The notes under the pieces were generated by a model. The model saw nothing but the letters and a program-made list of their open reading frames with translations. It had not been told where the DNA came from and ran no database searches. The position numbers and the translations under genes were made by a program. From positions 67,942 through 131,941 of the forward strand of contig CBDBCS010000006.1 in the NCBI GenBank assembly GCA_965203415.1: a stretch of DNA of 64,000 bases. Reading direction: 5' to 3'. The stretch is from Alphaproteobacteria bacterium. GTDB taxonomy: Bacteria > Pseudomonadota > Alphaproteobacteria > CBDBCS01. Shown here piece by piece: positions 18,681-27,844 of this stretch (the stretch's first letter is position 1; every line of letters begins with the position of its first letter).

Positions 18681-18760
18681 TCGGGGTGCCGTGCCCCCCT
18701 GGTGGAGACTTTTTCTGAGAGCCTTTTGAGGATTGCGGAATCCAAAAAAGGACAAGAGTC

Positions 18761-19597
18761 TCACTTAAATTTTGCGACCATATCCTTGATGCCTGGAATT
18801 GTTTCCAGCTGATAGGCGTAACTGGGATGAAAATTCATCCCCAGAGCCTGCCTAGAGGCTCCTCCGAGAATCGTAAAATAATACATCTCGAAGCCTGGAG
18901 CGGCGACACAGGGGTGATAGCCTGACTCTATCACGAAAGAGGACCCACTTTTGACGTGGAAGACTTGGCCGAATTCCTCTTTTTCGCGCTGCAAAAATTG
19001 AGCTCCAAAGCCATTCTCGGGTCGGAAGCGGAAGTGGTAGGCTTCATCGTGGTGTGTCTCGCCTGGCGGGGCGTCTGTGTCGTGTTTATGTGGCGGAAAG
19101 CCCGACCATCCCCCTGCCCCCACCGTAAAGAGTTCACTCACGAGCAATCTTCCGACTTTGTCGCGTTGTTTTTGTCCGATGATGTGCTTAATTTTGCGGT
19201 GTGTTTTGGTCTCGTCCGAGCCATACTGGACGTGGTCGAGGTCTTTCCGCCTCACGTGGAAGGGTGTCAGCGTTTTTTCATAGCGCGCTCCTGCGATGAA
19301 GGTCTCGCAGGCCTGTCGAGCCGTCAATCGGGCCTCGGTGCCTGTGGGCACGTAGACGCCCTCGGGGTCGTCCTCCCAGAGGCCCGCCCGGCGCGAGAGC
19401 TCGGCGGTGAACCCGCCTTCGAGGCAGATCTCCAGAGCCCCGACAGACGGCACGACGACGCTCTCATAGGCGGGCAGGCGATAGGTAAACACTTCGCCGG
19501 GGGCCAGTTTCACGAGATTGAAATAGACTCGAGGCACCGAAGCGTGGTCCTCGGCGATGATGGGCATGTTGCGATTGTCATAGGGGGGAATGTGCAT
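18761..19597 (-). CDS. iolB: 5-deoxy-glucuronate isomerase
   Basis: KduI/IolB-like: LLVSELFTVGAGGWSGFPPHKHDTD...ETHHDEAYHFRF...GYHPCVAAPGFEMYYF. ATG at 19597 has a GGAGA RBS 8 nt upstream and is preferred over GTG at 19624. Confidence 0.85.
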   Translation of the reverse strand: MHIPPYDNRNMPIIAEDHASVPRVYFNLVKLAPGEVFTYRLPAYESVVVPSVGALEICLEGGFTAELSRRAGLWEDDPEGVYVPTGTEARLTARQACETFIAGARYEKTLTPFHVRRKDLDHVQYGSDETKTHRKIKHIIGQKQRDKVGRLLVSELFTVGAGGWSGFPPHKHDTDAPPGETHHDEAYHFRFRPENGFGAQFLQREKEEFGQVFHVKSGSSFVIESGYHPCVAAPGFEMYYFTILGGASRQALGMNFHPSYAYQLETIPGIKDMVAKFK

Positions 19598-19801
19598 TGG
19601 ATTATTCTCCTTCCAAAAAAGCACCCGAGAAGACCTGACGGGAAAATGTCCCGGGCATCACGCAAAAAGGGCTTGATTATCTTTTACATAAATTGTAGAG
19701 GGTTCGTCAAGTCTTCGGGGACTGTAAAAGACCGCCTCCCGGGGAAAAAACAAGGCAGGCCGAGGACGGGGAAAAAGTCAGGAGGAGATTCGGACTCTTC
19801 T

Positions 19802-19829
19802 CAAGCAAGCAAGCAAGCAAACAAGCAAG
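19802..19829. repeat. (CAAG)n tetranucleotide microsatellite in the iolB / dehydrogenase divergent intergenic region
   Basis: caagcaagcaagcaagcaaacaagcaag, 24 nt upstream of the ATG at 19853. Confidence 0.85.
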
Positions 19830-19852
19830 AAAGGACTCTAGTCGGGTAGATA

Positions 19853-21007
19853 ATGGAATCATCCAGAAAACAGAAGCTCCGTCTCGGACTGGTCGGAGCC
19901 GGCTACATGGGCAAGGCCCACAGCTTCGGCTACAAGGTTGCCAACACGGTTTTTGATTTACCGCTCGAATTGGTCTGCGAGCTCCTCGCCACCTCCACCG
20001 TGGAGGGCGCGGCTCAAAAGGCGGCCGAGCTGGGGTGGAAGCGTTCGACGGGGTCCTGGCGCGATCTTTTGTCGGACCCAGAGGTAGACGCTGTGAATCT
20101 TTCGGTTCCGCCGCATTTACATGCTCAGATGGCTCTGGCGTGTCTGGCGGCCGGCAAGCATGTTTTCTGTGAAAAACCCATGTGTCTGAGCCTCGAGGAG
20201 GCCCGCCAAATGGCCGAAATGGCTGCCACGGCCGCCAGACGGACGGGTCTGGTGACGATGATGGGCTTCAATTATATCAAGCACCCTGCCTCGCAATTGG
20301 TCCGACAGATGATCGCTCAGGGCGAGATAGGCGACATCATCCAATATCATGGGACGCATGTCGAGGATTTTTTCCACGACCCTGCTATACCGGCGGGTTG
20401 GAAAACGCGGCAGAGCGTCTCGGGGCGTTATGGGACGCTTCTGGATTTAGGGTCTCATATGCTTAATTGTGCTTTGGGGCTCGTCGGCCCCATGGAGGCG
20501 GTGATGGCGGACATCCATACGTATTACAAAGAGCGTCCTGCCCCGGCTGGCGGCGGGACCGAGAGGGTAGAAACAGATGATTTCGGCCAAATTCTAGTCC
20601 GGTTCGCCAATGGAGCCTCGGGGACGCTCCACTACAGCCGGCTTGCGGCGGGGCGCAAGATGGGCTATGCTTACGAGATCATCGGCACGCGTGGTTCTCT
20701 CCGCTTCGATCAGACCCGCATGGGCGAGGTACTCTACTATCGTTCGGACGGGCCGCGAGCCAGACAGGGGTATCAGCAGATTTTACTGGGCCCCGAGCAT
20801 CCCGATTATCGTCCTTTTCTTCTCAGTGCGGGCCACGGCATCGGCTATAATGAGATGATGGCCATCCAGGCACGCGAATTCACCCAGGCCATTCACACGG
20901 GCGTCTCGCCTTGGCCCAGTTTCCAGGACGGCTTGACGGTGATGGAGGTCACCGAAGCTATCAAACGCTCCTTTGAGGAAAAAACATGGCAAACGCTTCC
21001 CCAATAA
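19853..21007 (+). CDS. Gfo/Idh/MocA-family oxidoreductase (inositol dehydrogenase-like)
   Basis: N-terminal Rossmann LRLGLVGAGYMGKAH and the EKP motif VFCEKPMCLS. Confidence 0.8.
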   Translation: MESSRKQKLRLGLVGAGYMGKAHSFGYKVANTVFDLPLELVCELLATSTVEGAAQKAAELGWKRSTGSWRDLLSDPEVDAVNLSVPPHLHAQMALACLAAGKHVFCEKPMCLSLEEARQMAEMAATAARRTGLVTMMGFNYIKHPASQLVRQMIAQGEIGDIIQYHGTHVEDFFHDPAIPAGWKTRQSVSGRYGTLLDLGSHMLNCALGLVGPMEAVMADIHTYYKERPAPAGGGTERVETDDFGQILVRFANGASGTLHYSRLAAGRKMGYAYEIIGTRGSLRFDQTRMGEVLYYRSDGPRARQGYQQILLGPEHPDYRPFLLSAGHGIGYNEMMAIQAREFTQAIHTGVSPWPSFQDGLTVMEVTEAIKRSFEEKTWQTLPQ

Positions 21008-21066
21008 ACGCGCCTGGGCGTGCTTCGTCTGATGTGTCTTCGTCCCCGGGTCTATCTATAGGGGCG

Positions 21067-22269
21067 ATGGCCTCGAGAGCGGGTCGGTCTTATCCGATTC
21101 GCTGGGGGCTGATAGGTGGCGGACGAGACAGCCAGATCGGTTCGGCGCATCGGATTGGGGCTCAAATGGATGGTCATTTTGTCCTCCGAGCGGGCGCTTT
21201 TGACATAGACGCGGCGCGAAATCAGGCTTTTGGGGCGGAATTGGGCTTGCCGCCAGAGCGCGTCTATGACGACTGGGAAACCATGCTCGAACAGGAGGCG
21301 CAACGCCCGGACGGCATAGAGCTTCTCACGATTGCGACGCCGAACCGGATGCATTATCCTGTTGCGGTCAAGGCGGTGTCGCTAGGTTTCGGCGTTTTTT
21401 GTGAGAAGCCTCTGACGCTGACGCTGCAGGAGGCCTGGCATCTGCGAGACCTTGTTGCTCAAAAAAAGGCTTTATTTGGCGTTAATTTCAGTTATCTCGG
21501 CTATCCGCACATCGAGCAGCTCCGCCAGATGGTGCTGGCGGGCACTTTCGGAGCCATTCGCCTGGTTGTCATGGAGTTCTCGCACGGTCACCACACGACG
21601 GATTTGGGGCCGGACGGGGCGGAGAATCCTCGCATTCGTTGGCGTTATGATCCCCTCGAGGCCGGCCCGAGCGGCATTCTAGCCGATTGTGGGACGCATC
21701 CTCTTTACCTGGCGCGCTATATTCTTGGGAGTCCCTGTCAAGCTGTCCTGGCGGATTTTGTTTCGGTGGTGCCTTCTCGCCGGATCGAGGACGATGCTTT
21801 TTTAGCTCTGCGTTTTGCCAATGGGGCGGTTGGGCGTCTATGGACGAGCTCTGTGGCTTTGGGTCAGACGCATGGGCTTTCCATCCGCTTATTCGGCGAA
21901 AAAGCTGGGGCGGTGTGGTCTCAGGAGCACGGAAATCAGCTTGCGGTGACGTATCCTCACGGGCGGACGGAGATCTTTGAGCGCGGGGCGTCTTATCTTC
22001 ACGCGCTGGCTCAGGCCAATTCGCGCGTCACGGTGGGACAGATGGAGGGCTTTCTCGCGTCCGAAGCCAATATCTATCGCGAATTAGCCCAGAGCTTTAT
22101 CCAAGGCAGCCCGACCTCTGCCCTGCCCTCTATTGAGGCGGGGGTCGAGATGAGCGAAATCGTCGAGGCCGCTGTCCAATCGGCGGGAGCGGGCGGGCAG
22201 TGGCGGACGCTCCCGCTGGACCCGGCTCTCATGGAGGCAGAGCAGACGGCGGCGGCAAAGGAGGTGTAA
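21067..22269 (+). CDS. Gfo/Idh/MocA-family oxidoreductase; start 21067 preferred over 20986
   Basis: IRWGLIGGGRDSQIGSAH and VFCEKPLTLT. Confidence 0.75.
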   Translation: MASRAGRSYPIRWGLIGGGRDSQIGSAHRIGAQMDGHFVLRAGAFDIDAARNQAFGAELGLPPERVYDDWETMLEQEAQRPDGIELLTIATPNRMHYPVAVKAVSLGFGVFCEKPLTLTLQEAWHLRDLVAQKKALFGVNFSYLGYPHIEQLRQMVLAGTFGAIRLVVMEFSHGHHTTDLGPDGAENPRIRWRYDPLEAGPSGILADCGTHPLYLARYILGSPCQAVLADFVSVVPSRRIEDDAFLALRFANGAVGRLWTSSVALGQTHGLSIRLFGEKAGAVWSQEHGNQLAVTYPHGRTEIFERGASYLHALAQANSRVTVGQMEGFLASEANIYRELAQSFIQGSPTSALPSIEAGVEMSEIVEAAVQSAGAGGQWRTLPLDPALMEAEQTAAAKEV

Positions 22270-22534
22270 AATTGGGGAGGGAGCTCGTGTTTTTCGCCTG
22301 ATTTTCTCAAAAACGTACCGTTAAGGCGAGGTATTTTTAGGATTTTCTCAAGTTACGCATGGAGATTTTTTGAAGAAAAGTGAAAAATCGGTAGGCAAAA
22401 AAGAATGAACTAGAAAGACGCACCGGGAGGAAAGATATCAGAACCCAACGGTTTTGCCCTGGGGCCCGGGTGGTCTGCCCTGGGTTTGTCCCGGGTAGCC
22501 GCCATTCAGGCGTTTCAAGAGGCCCATCTCCCGG

Positions 22535-22720
22535 GTGGTCTGCCCGGGTGGTCTGCCGCGGGGGTCGCCTGCCACGGGAGTCGCCTGCCACGGGGCTCGC
22601 CTGCCACGAGAGTCGCCTGCCGCGGGGGTCGCCTGCCACGAGAGTCGCCTGCCACGAGAGTCGCCTGCCACGAGAGTCGCCTACCACGGGGATTGCCTGC
22701 CACGGGGGTCGCCTGCCACG
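22535..22720. repeat. 16-nt tandem repeat (GTCGCCTGCCACGNGA)n, about 10 units
   Basis: cacgagagtcgcctgc reiterated. The ORF-track peptides show the expected 16-aa periodicity on both strands. Confidence 0.9.
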
Positions 22721-24625
22721 CCTCCGACGAGAACAGAAAAAACACCTCGGCCCTATCGGCCCACTCCTTAATCTGTACCGAGGTTGTGTCCTGGGTCCGT
22801 CCGGACCCGCCACTGCCGAGAACAGAAAAAAACAGCTTGGCCCCATCTATCGCCCATGCCTTAGTCTGTACCGAGCTTGTGTCCCGGGTCTGCCCTGAGT
22901 CCGTCCGGACCCGCCACTGCCGAGAACAGAAAAAAACAGCTTGGCCCCATCTATCGGCCATGCCTTAGTCTGCACCGAGGTTGTGTCCCGGGTCCGTCCT
23001 GACCCCCCTCCGACGGGAACAGAAAAAACAGCTTGGCCCTATCTATCGGCCCTTCCTGAATCTATACCGGGTCTGTGTCCTGGGTTTGGCCTGACCCGCC
23101 TCCGCCGCCGAGAGCAGGAAAAACAGCTTGGCCCCATCTATCGGCCATGCCTTAGTCTGCACCGAGGTTGTGTCCCGGGTCCGTCCTGACCCCCCTCCGA
23201 CGAGAACAGGAAAAACAGCTTGGCCCCATCTATCGGCCATGCCTTAGTCTGTCCCGGGGTTGTGTCCCGGGTCTGTCCTGAGTCCGTCCGGACCACCTCC
23301 GACGAGAACAGAAAAAACAGCTTGGCCCCATCTATCGGCCATGCCTTAATTGGCCCCATCTATCGGCCATGCCTTAATCTGTACCGAGGTTGTGTCCCGG
23401 GTCTGTCCTGAGTCCGTCCTGCCCCGCCTCCGACGAGAACAGGAAAAAACAGCTTGGCCCCATCTATCGGCCATGCCTTAATTGGCCCCATCTATCGGCC
23501 ATGCCTTAATCTGTACCGAGGTTGTGTCCCGGGTCTGTCCTGGGTCCGTCCTGCCCCACCTCCGACGAGAACAGAAAAAACCCCTCGGCCCCATCTATCA
23601 GCCATGCCTTAGTCTGTACCGAGGTTATGTGCCGGGTCTGTCCTGAGTCCGTCCTGCCCCGCCTCCGACGAGAACAGGAAAAACGCCTCGGCCCTATCGG
23701 CCATGCCTTAGTCTGTACCGAGGTTGTGTTCCGGGTCTGTCCTGAGTCCGTCCGGACCACCTCCGACGAGAACAGAAAAAACCCCTCGGCCCCATCTATC
23801 GGCCATGCCTTAGTCTGTCCCGGGGTTGTGTCCCGGGTCTGCCCTGAGTCCGTCCTGCCCCGCCTCCGACGAGAACAGAAAAAACGCCTCGGCCTTATCT
23901 ATCGGCCATGCCTTAGTCTGTACCGAGGTTGTGTCCCGGGTCTGTCCTGGGTCCGTCCTGCCCCACCTCCGACGAGAACAGAAAAAAACAGCTTGGCCCC
24001 ATCTATCAGCCATGCCTTAATCTGTACCGAGGTTGTGTCCCGGGTCCGTCCTGCCCCGCCGCCGACGAGAACAGAAAACAGCACCTCGGCCCCATCTATC
24101 GGCCATGCCTTAATCTGTCCTGGGTTTGTGTACCGGGTCTGTCTTATCCTGCCTCCTCCGACGAGAACAGAAACAGCACCTCGGCCCCATCTATCGGCCA
24201 TGCCTTAGTCTGTACCGAGGTTGTGTCCCGGGTCTGTCCTGGGTCCGTCCGGACCCGCCACTGCCGAGAACAGGAAAAACGCCTCGGCCCCATCTATCGG
24301 CCATGCCTTAATCTGTACCGAGGTTGTGTCCCGGGTCTGTCCTGAGTCCGTCCGGACCCGCCACTGCCGAGAACAGGAAAAACGCCTCGGCCCCATCTAT
24401 CGGCCATGCCTTAATCTGTACCGAGGTTGTGTCCCGGATCCGTCCTGAGTCCGTCCTGCCCCGCCTCCGACGAGAACAGAAACAGCACCTCGGCCCCATC
24501 TATCGGCCATGCCTTAGTCTGTCCCGGGGTTGTGTCCCGGGTCTGCCCTGAGTCCGTCCTGCCCCGCCTCCGACGAGAACAGGAAAAACGCCTCGGCCTT
24601 ATCTATCGGCGGCCTCTATCGGCGG
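22721..24625. repeat. array of about 19-20 units of a ~103-bp tandem repeat (93-133 bp); each unit is hairpin + U-tract on the minus strand
   Basis: Motif ggccccatctatcggccatgcc recurs at about 22839, 22941, 23034, 23129, 23221, 23323, 23456, 23588, 23690, 23789, 23890, 23995, 24088, 24183, 24287, 24390, 24493. ORF-track starts at 24221/24324/24427/24530 give an exact 103-bp period. Confidence 0.93.
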
Positions 24626-24661
24626 TCTTCTCTTCGCCCCCTTTTTTTCGGCGGCTGTTTC

Positions 24662-25801
24662 TTACTTTTTGGCGCGCCTGTTCGAGGGAGACGCAAGCGA
24701 TTTGTCCTCATGTTCCGGCGTTTTCCCGGTGTCCCCGGTTTCCTCGAGCAACAAGCGCGCTTGGGCCTCGGCGGCGAGCGAGTCCAGAAGCACGTCTAAC
24801 CCCCCCTGCATCACTTTGTCGAGGTCGTGCAGCGTCAGATGGATTCGATGGTCGGTGACGCGACTCTGGGGAAAATTATAGGTCCGGATACGTTCGGACC
24901 GGTCGCCCGTTCCGATTTGAGACCGCCGCTCCGCCGAGCGTTGGCGCGTTTGTTCGTGCCTCTTTTTATCGAAAAGACGAGCCTGAAGGACGCGCATCGC
25001 TTTCTCGCGATTTTTGTGCTGTGATTTTTCGTCCTGACACTGCACGATGATTCCGCTCGGCAGGTGAGACACACGCACGGCACTATCGGTGGTGTTGACG
25101 TGCTGGCCGCCTGCGCCTTGCGCGCGAAAGGTATCGATGCGCAGGTCTTTTTCATCGATCGAGACGTCTATCGAGGTCGCCTCTGGGAGGATAGCGACCG
25201 TCGCCGTGGATGTATGAATCCGGCCGCCGGACTCGGTTTCTGGGATGCGTTGGACTCGATGGACGCCCGACTCAAATTTGAGTCTTCCATAGACTCCCTC
25301 GCCTTTGACGCTCAATTGGAGTTCTCGGCATCCGCCGATTTCGGTCTCAGAGAGGGCTAAAATCTGGGTGCGCCATTTTTTAATATCGCAATACCGCTGA
25401 TACATGCGAAACAGGTCCATCGCAAAGAGAGCCGCCTCATCACCGCCGGCGGCGGTGCGTATCTCCAGAATGACGTCCCGAGCGTCCACCTCGTCGCGAG
25501 GCAAAAGCAGCGTTTTAATCGTCCCCTCCAATTGTTCGAGCTGGCTGGAAAGAGTGGCGACCTCCTGTTCGGCGAGTTGGCGCAATTCGGGGTCGGCTTC
25601 TCGGGCCAAAACCAGAGCCTGGGCTTGCTCTTGGTCTAATTGACGGTATTGGTTTATCACCCGAGCCAGAGGCTCCAGCGTGGCGAGGGCTTTGTTTTTT
25701 TCAACCAAAGCCGGCACGGAAAGCTCGCCTGCGGCGAGCTCGCCCTGTAGATTCGCATAGGTCTGGGCGATGCTGTCCAATTTGTCGCGCCATTTCTGCA
25801 T
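24662..25801 (-). CDS. prfA: peptide chain release factor 1
   Basis: GGQ motif RAQGAGGQHVNTTDSAVRVSHLPSG and RIHTSTATVAILPE. ATG at 25801 overlaps the hisS stop by 1 nt (TGATG). Confidence 0.95.
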   Translation of the reverse strand: MQKWRDKLDSIAQTYANLQGELAAGELSVPALVEKNKALATLEPLARVINQYRQLDQEQAQALVLAREADPELRQLAEQEVATLSSQLEQLEGTIKTLLLPRDEVDARDVILEIRTAAGGDEAALFAMDLFRMYQRYCDIKKWRTQILALSETEIGGCRELQLSVKGEGVYGRLKFESGVHRVQRIPETESGGRIHTSTATVAILPEATSIDVSIDEKDLRIDTFRAQGAGGQHVNTTDSAVRVSHLPSGIIVQCQDEKSQHKNREKAMRVLQARLFDKKRHEQTRQRSAERRSQIGTGDRSERIRTYNFPQSRVTDHRIHLTLHDLDKVMQGGLDVLLDSLAAEAQARLLLEETGDTGKTPEHEDKSLASPSNRRAKK

Positions 25802-27189
25802 CACGAGCCCCCCGACGACACAGGACGGAGGCAGGCTCCATAGTGCTGGCGCAAATACGCGCAGAGTCCGTCTCGAGCGACCGTTTCCTGGGTCCCGGTG
25901 TCCAGATTTTTGACCGTTATCTCAGTTATCTCGGTCTGCTGCCCGTCGTCCCAGAGCAAAAGCACCGCGCGCGTCGGCGGCGCGGCGGCTCGGCGCAGGT
26001 TTTTTTTCAGGCTCCCCTCGGTGAGGACCAGGCGTAGGGCGAAGCCCGCCCGGCGGAGTTCCTCGGCCAATTGGGTCGCCTGGGCATATTGAGACACGCT
26101 AAAAGCGTTTGGGTCGTCCTCCGTCACCGGTGTTTTTTCGGCCGGCGTCTTTCGAGCCGACACGATGGCGAGCATGGCTTGTTCTTGTTCTTGCGCCTGC
26201 CTCTGGGCGAGCAGCACGAGTCTCTCGAGGCCAGCGGCCCAGCCTCGGCATGGAAAGGCAAAATGGCGCGCTTTTTCGCCTCCGATGAGTTCCAACAGGC
26301 CCGTGTAAAACCCTCCTGCGAGCACGGTCGAGGGCCCGCCTAATTCGGAAGCTTCTGAGGCGACAAATTCAAAGACGACGTGGCTGTAATAGTCCAGGCC
26401 TCGGACGAGCCTCGGGTCCAAACGATAGGGCACGCCGCACGCCGTCAGAGCCTCACAGATCTGTTCCAGATAAAGATTAGCCTGGGGCGTAAAATAAGAG
26501 GCCCGCCCGGGCGCATCGGCCAGAATCTCTTGGTCTTCCGGGGCCTTGGAGTCCAGAATACGCAGCGGGTTCGTGGCAAGCCGCCGGCGCGAGTCCGGAC
26601 TCAAGGCGTGGGCTTTGCTCGAGAAATACTCGAGGACGGCTTTTTTCCAATTGTCGCGTGAGAGCTCGTCCCCCAAGCTGTTGAGCGTCAATTCAGCCCG
26701 AATACCCAGCGTTTCTAGCAGGGTTCGGGCACATAGAAGGACCTCTAGGTCGGGTTCCAAGCCCGTGCTATTGAGGAACTCCACGCCGATTTGATGAAAC
26801 TGGCGTTGGCGTCCTTTTTGCGGGCGTTCATAGCGGAACATGGGGCCGGCGTAGAAGTATTTTTGGTCTTTTTGCCCCATCAAGCCCTCAGAGACGACCA
26901 TACGCAGGATCGAGGCGGTATTCTCGGGCCTCAGGACGAGCTGCTGTTGGTTTTTATCCGGGAATTCATACATTTCCTTGGCGATGATGTCAGAGGCAAG
27001 GCCAAGAGAACGCCGAAACAGAGCCGCCGTCTCCACAAGAGGCGTTTCCACCTCGGCATAGCCGTACCCGAGCAGATGGTGGCGCGCATGAGCCAGGAGG
27101 CTCTGCCGTTGACGGCAGGCCAGCGGCAGCACATCCGGCATGCCGCGGACTCGCCCTATCGATTCGGCAAAGGGGGGAGAGGACGTCAC
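25801..27189 (-). CDS. hisS: histidine--tRNA ligase
   Basis: RGMPDVLP, EVETPLVE, LRPENTASILRMV, FRYERPQKGRQRQFHQ (class II motifs). Confidence 0.95.
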   Translation of the reverse strand: MTSSPPFAESIGRVRGMPDVLPLACRQRQSLLAHARHHLLGYGYAEVETPLVETAALFRRSLGLASDIIAKEMYEFPDKNQQQLVLRPENTASILRMVVSEGLMGQKDQKYFYAGPMFRYERPQKGRQRQFHQIGVEFLNSTGLEPDLEVLLCARTLLETLGIRAELTLNSLGDELSRDNWKKAVLEYFSSKAHALSPDSRRRLATNPLRILDSKAPEDQEILADAPGRASYFTPQANLYLEQICEALTACGVPYRLDPRLVRGLDYYSHVVFEFVASEASELGGPSTVLAGGFYTGLLELIGGEKARHFAFPCRGWAAGLERLVLLAQRQAQEQEQAMLAIVSARKTPAEKTPVTEDDPNAFSVSQYAQATQLAEELRRAGFALRLVLTEGSLKKNLRRAAAPPTRAVLLLWDDGQQTEITEITVKNLDTGTQETVARDGLCAYLRQHYGACLRPVSSGGS

Positions 27190-27272
27190 AAATTGGGGCT
27201 CGGTCCGACCGGTTCGAGAGGGCCCCGAAGCGCGTTCCCGAGAGAAGCGTTTTCTCTCGAGTTCGGCCTGGT

Positions 27273-27554
27273 TTAGTTTGGCCAGTACTCCCGCAGCAGG
27301 TTCTTCAGAAAAAACAGAAGTAACAAAACGACAACGGGGGCGATGTCAAAAGGACCCAGAGACGGAAGAAAACGCCGCACCGGACGCAAGGTCAGCTCGG
27401 ACAGCTGGCTGGAGAAACGATAGAGAAAGTCTACAACAGGCTGATATCGATTGAGAATCGAGAATTGGATCAACAGACTCAGGACGACATACAGGAAAAT
27501 AATCCAGCTATAGAGGTCTAGCAGGGTTATCAGGAGTAGATAAAGCGAATACAC
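27273..27554 (-). CDS. YggT-family membrane protein
   Basis: 93 aa, two TM segments. LRPVRRFLPSLGPFDIAPVVVLLLL is typical of YggT. GTG start. Confidence 0.8.
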   Translation of the reverse strand: MYSLYLLLITLLDLYSWIIFLYVVLSLLIQFSILNRYQPVVDFLYRFSSQLSELTLRPVRRFLPSLGPFDIAPVVVLLLLFFLKNLLREYWPN

Positions 27555-27581
27555 GGTTCTCGGGGGGTCTCGGAGGGGGGT

Positions 27582-27610
27582 TGTCTAGCACAATCTCGAA
27601 AGCGTGTCAA
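27582..27610 (-). promoter_or_regulatory. putative yggT promoter TTGACA-17-TAGACA (minus strand), preceded by AAAGCTTGGAAGCTT
   Basis: Reverse complement ccAAAGCTTGGAAGCTTGACAcgctttcgagattgtgcTAGACAa. Confidence 0.4.
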
Positions 27611-27844
27611 GCTTCCAAGCTTTGGCCGGACGGAAGAGCCATACGAACATCTAATATACATCTAATATATAGAGGCTTGGCCTCGGGGCCTTCGGGGCTC
27701 GGTGCCAGAGCACAATCCAGAACACCATATTTAATTTGCAAGAATTTGCAAATTATTATTTGGAGAATTTCGGAGAGAAAGAAAAAGCGAGAACCCCGAA
27801 CGAACCCCAGACGAGCCCCAGCAGCATCGCCCCGGGCTCCTCGG

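Noticed and set aside
22721-24625. The 103-bp array as a CRISPR locus
   Set aside because: The entire unit is conserved from copy to copy, so there are no unique spacers between short repeats. The unit length varies by indels, and no cas genes are in the window.
22337-24858. Dozens of 60-230-aa ORFs in the track across the repeat arrays (e.g. 22337..22846, 22486..22968, 23522..24208, 23929..24345)
   Set aside because: They occur in several frames on both strands and simply mirror the 16-nt and 103-nt periodicity. Their composition is Pro/Arg/Gly/Cys-rich, typical of translated GC-rich non-coding repeats.
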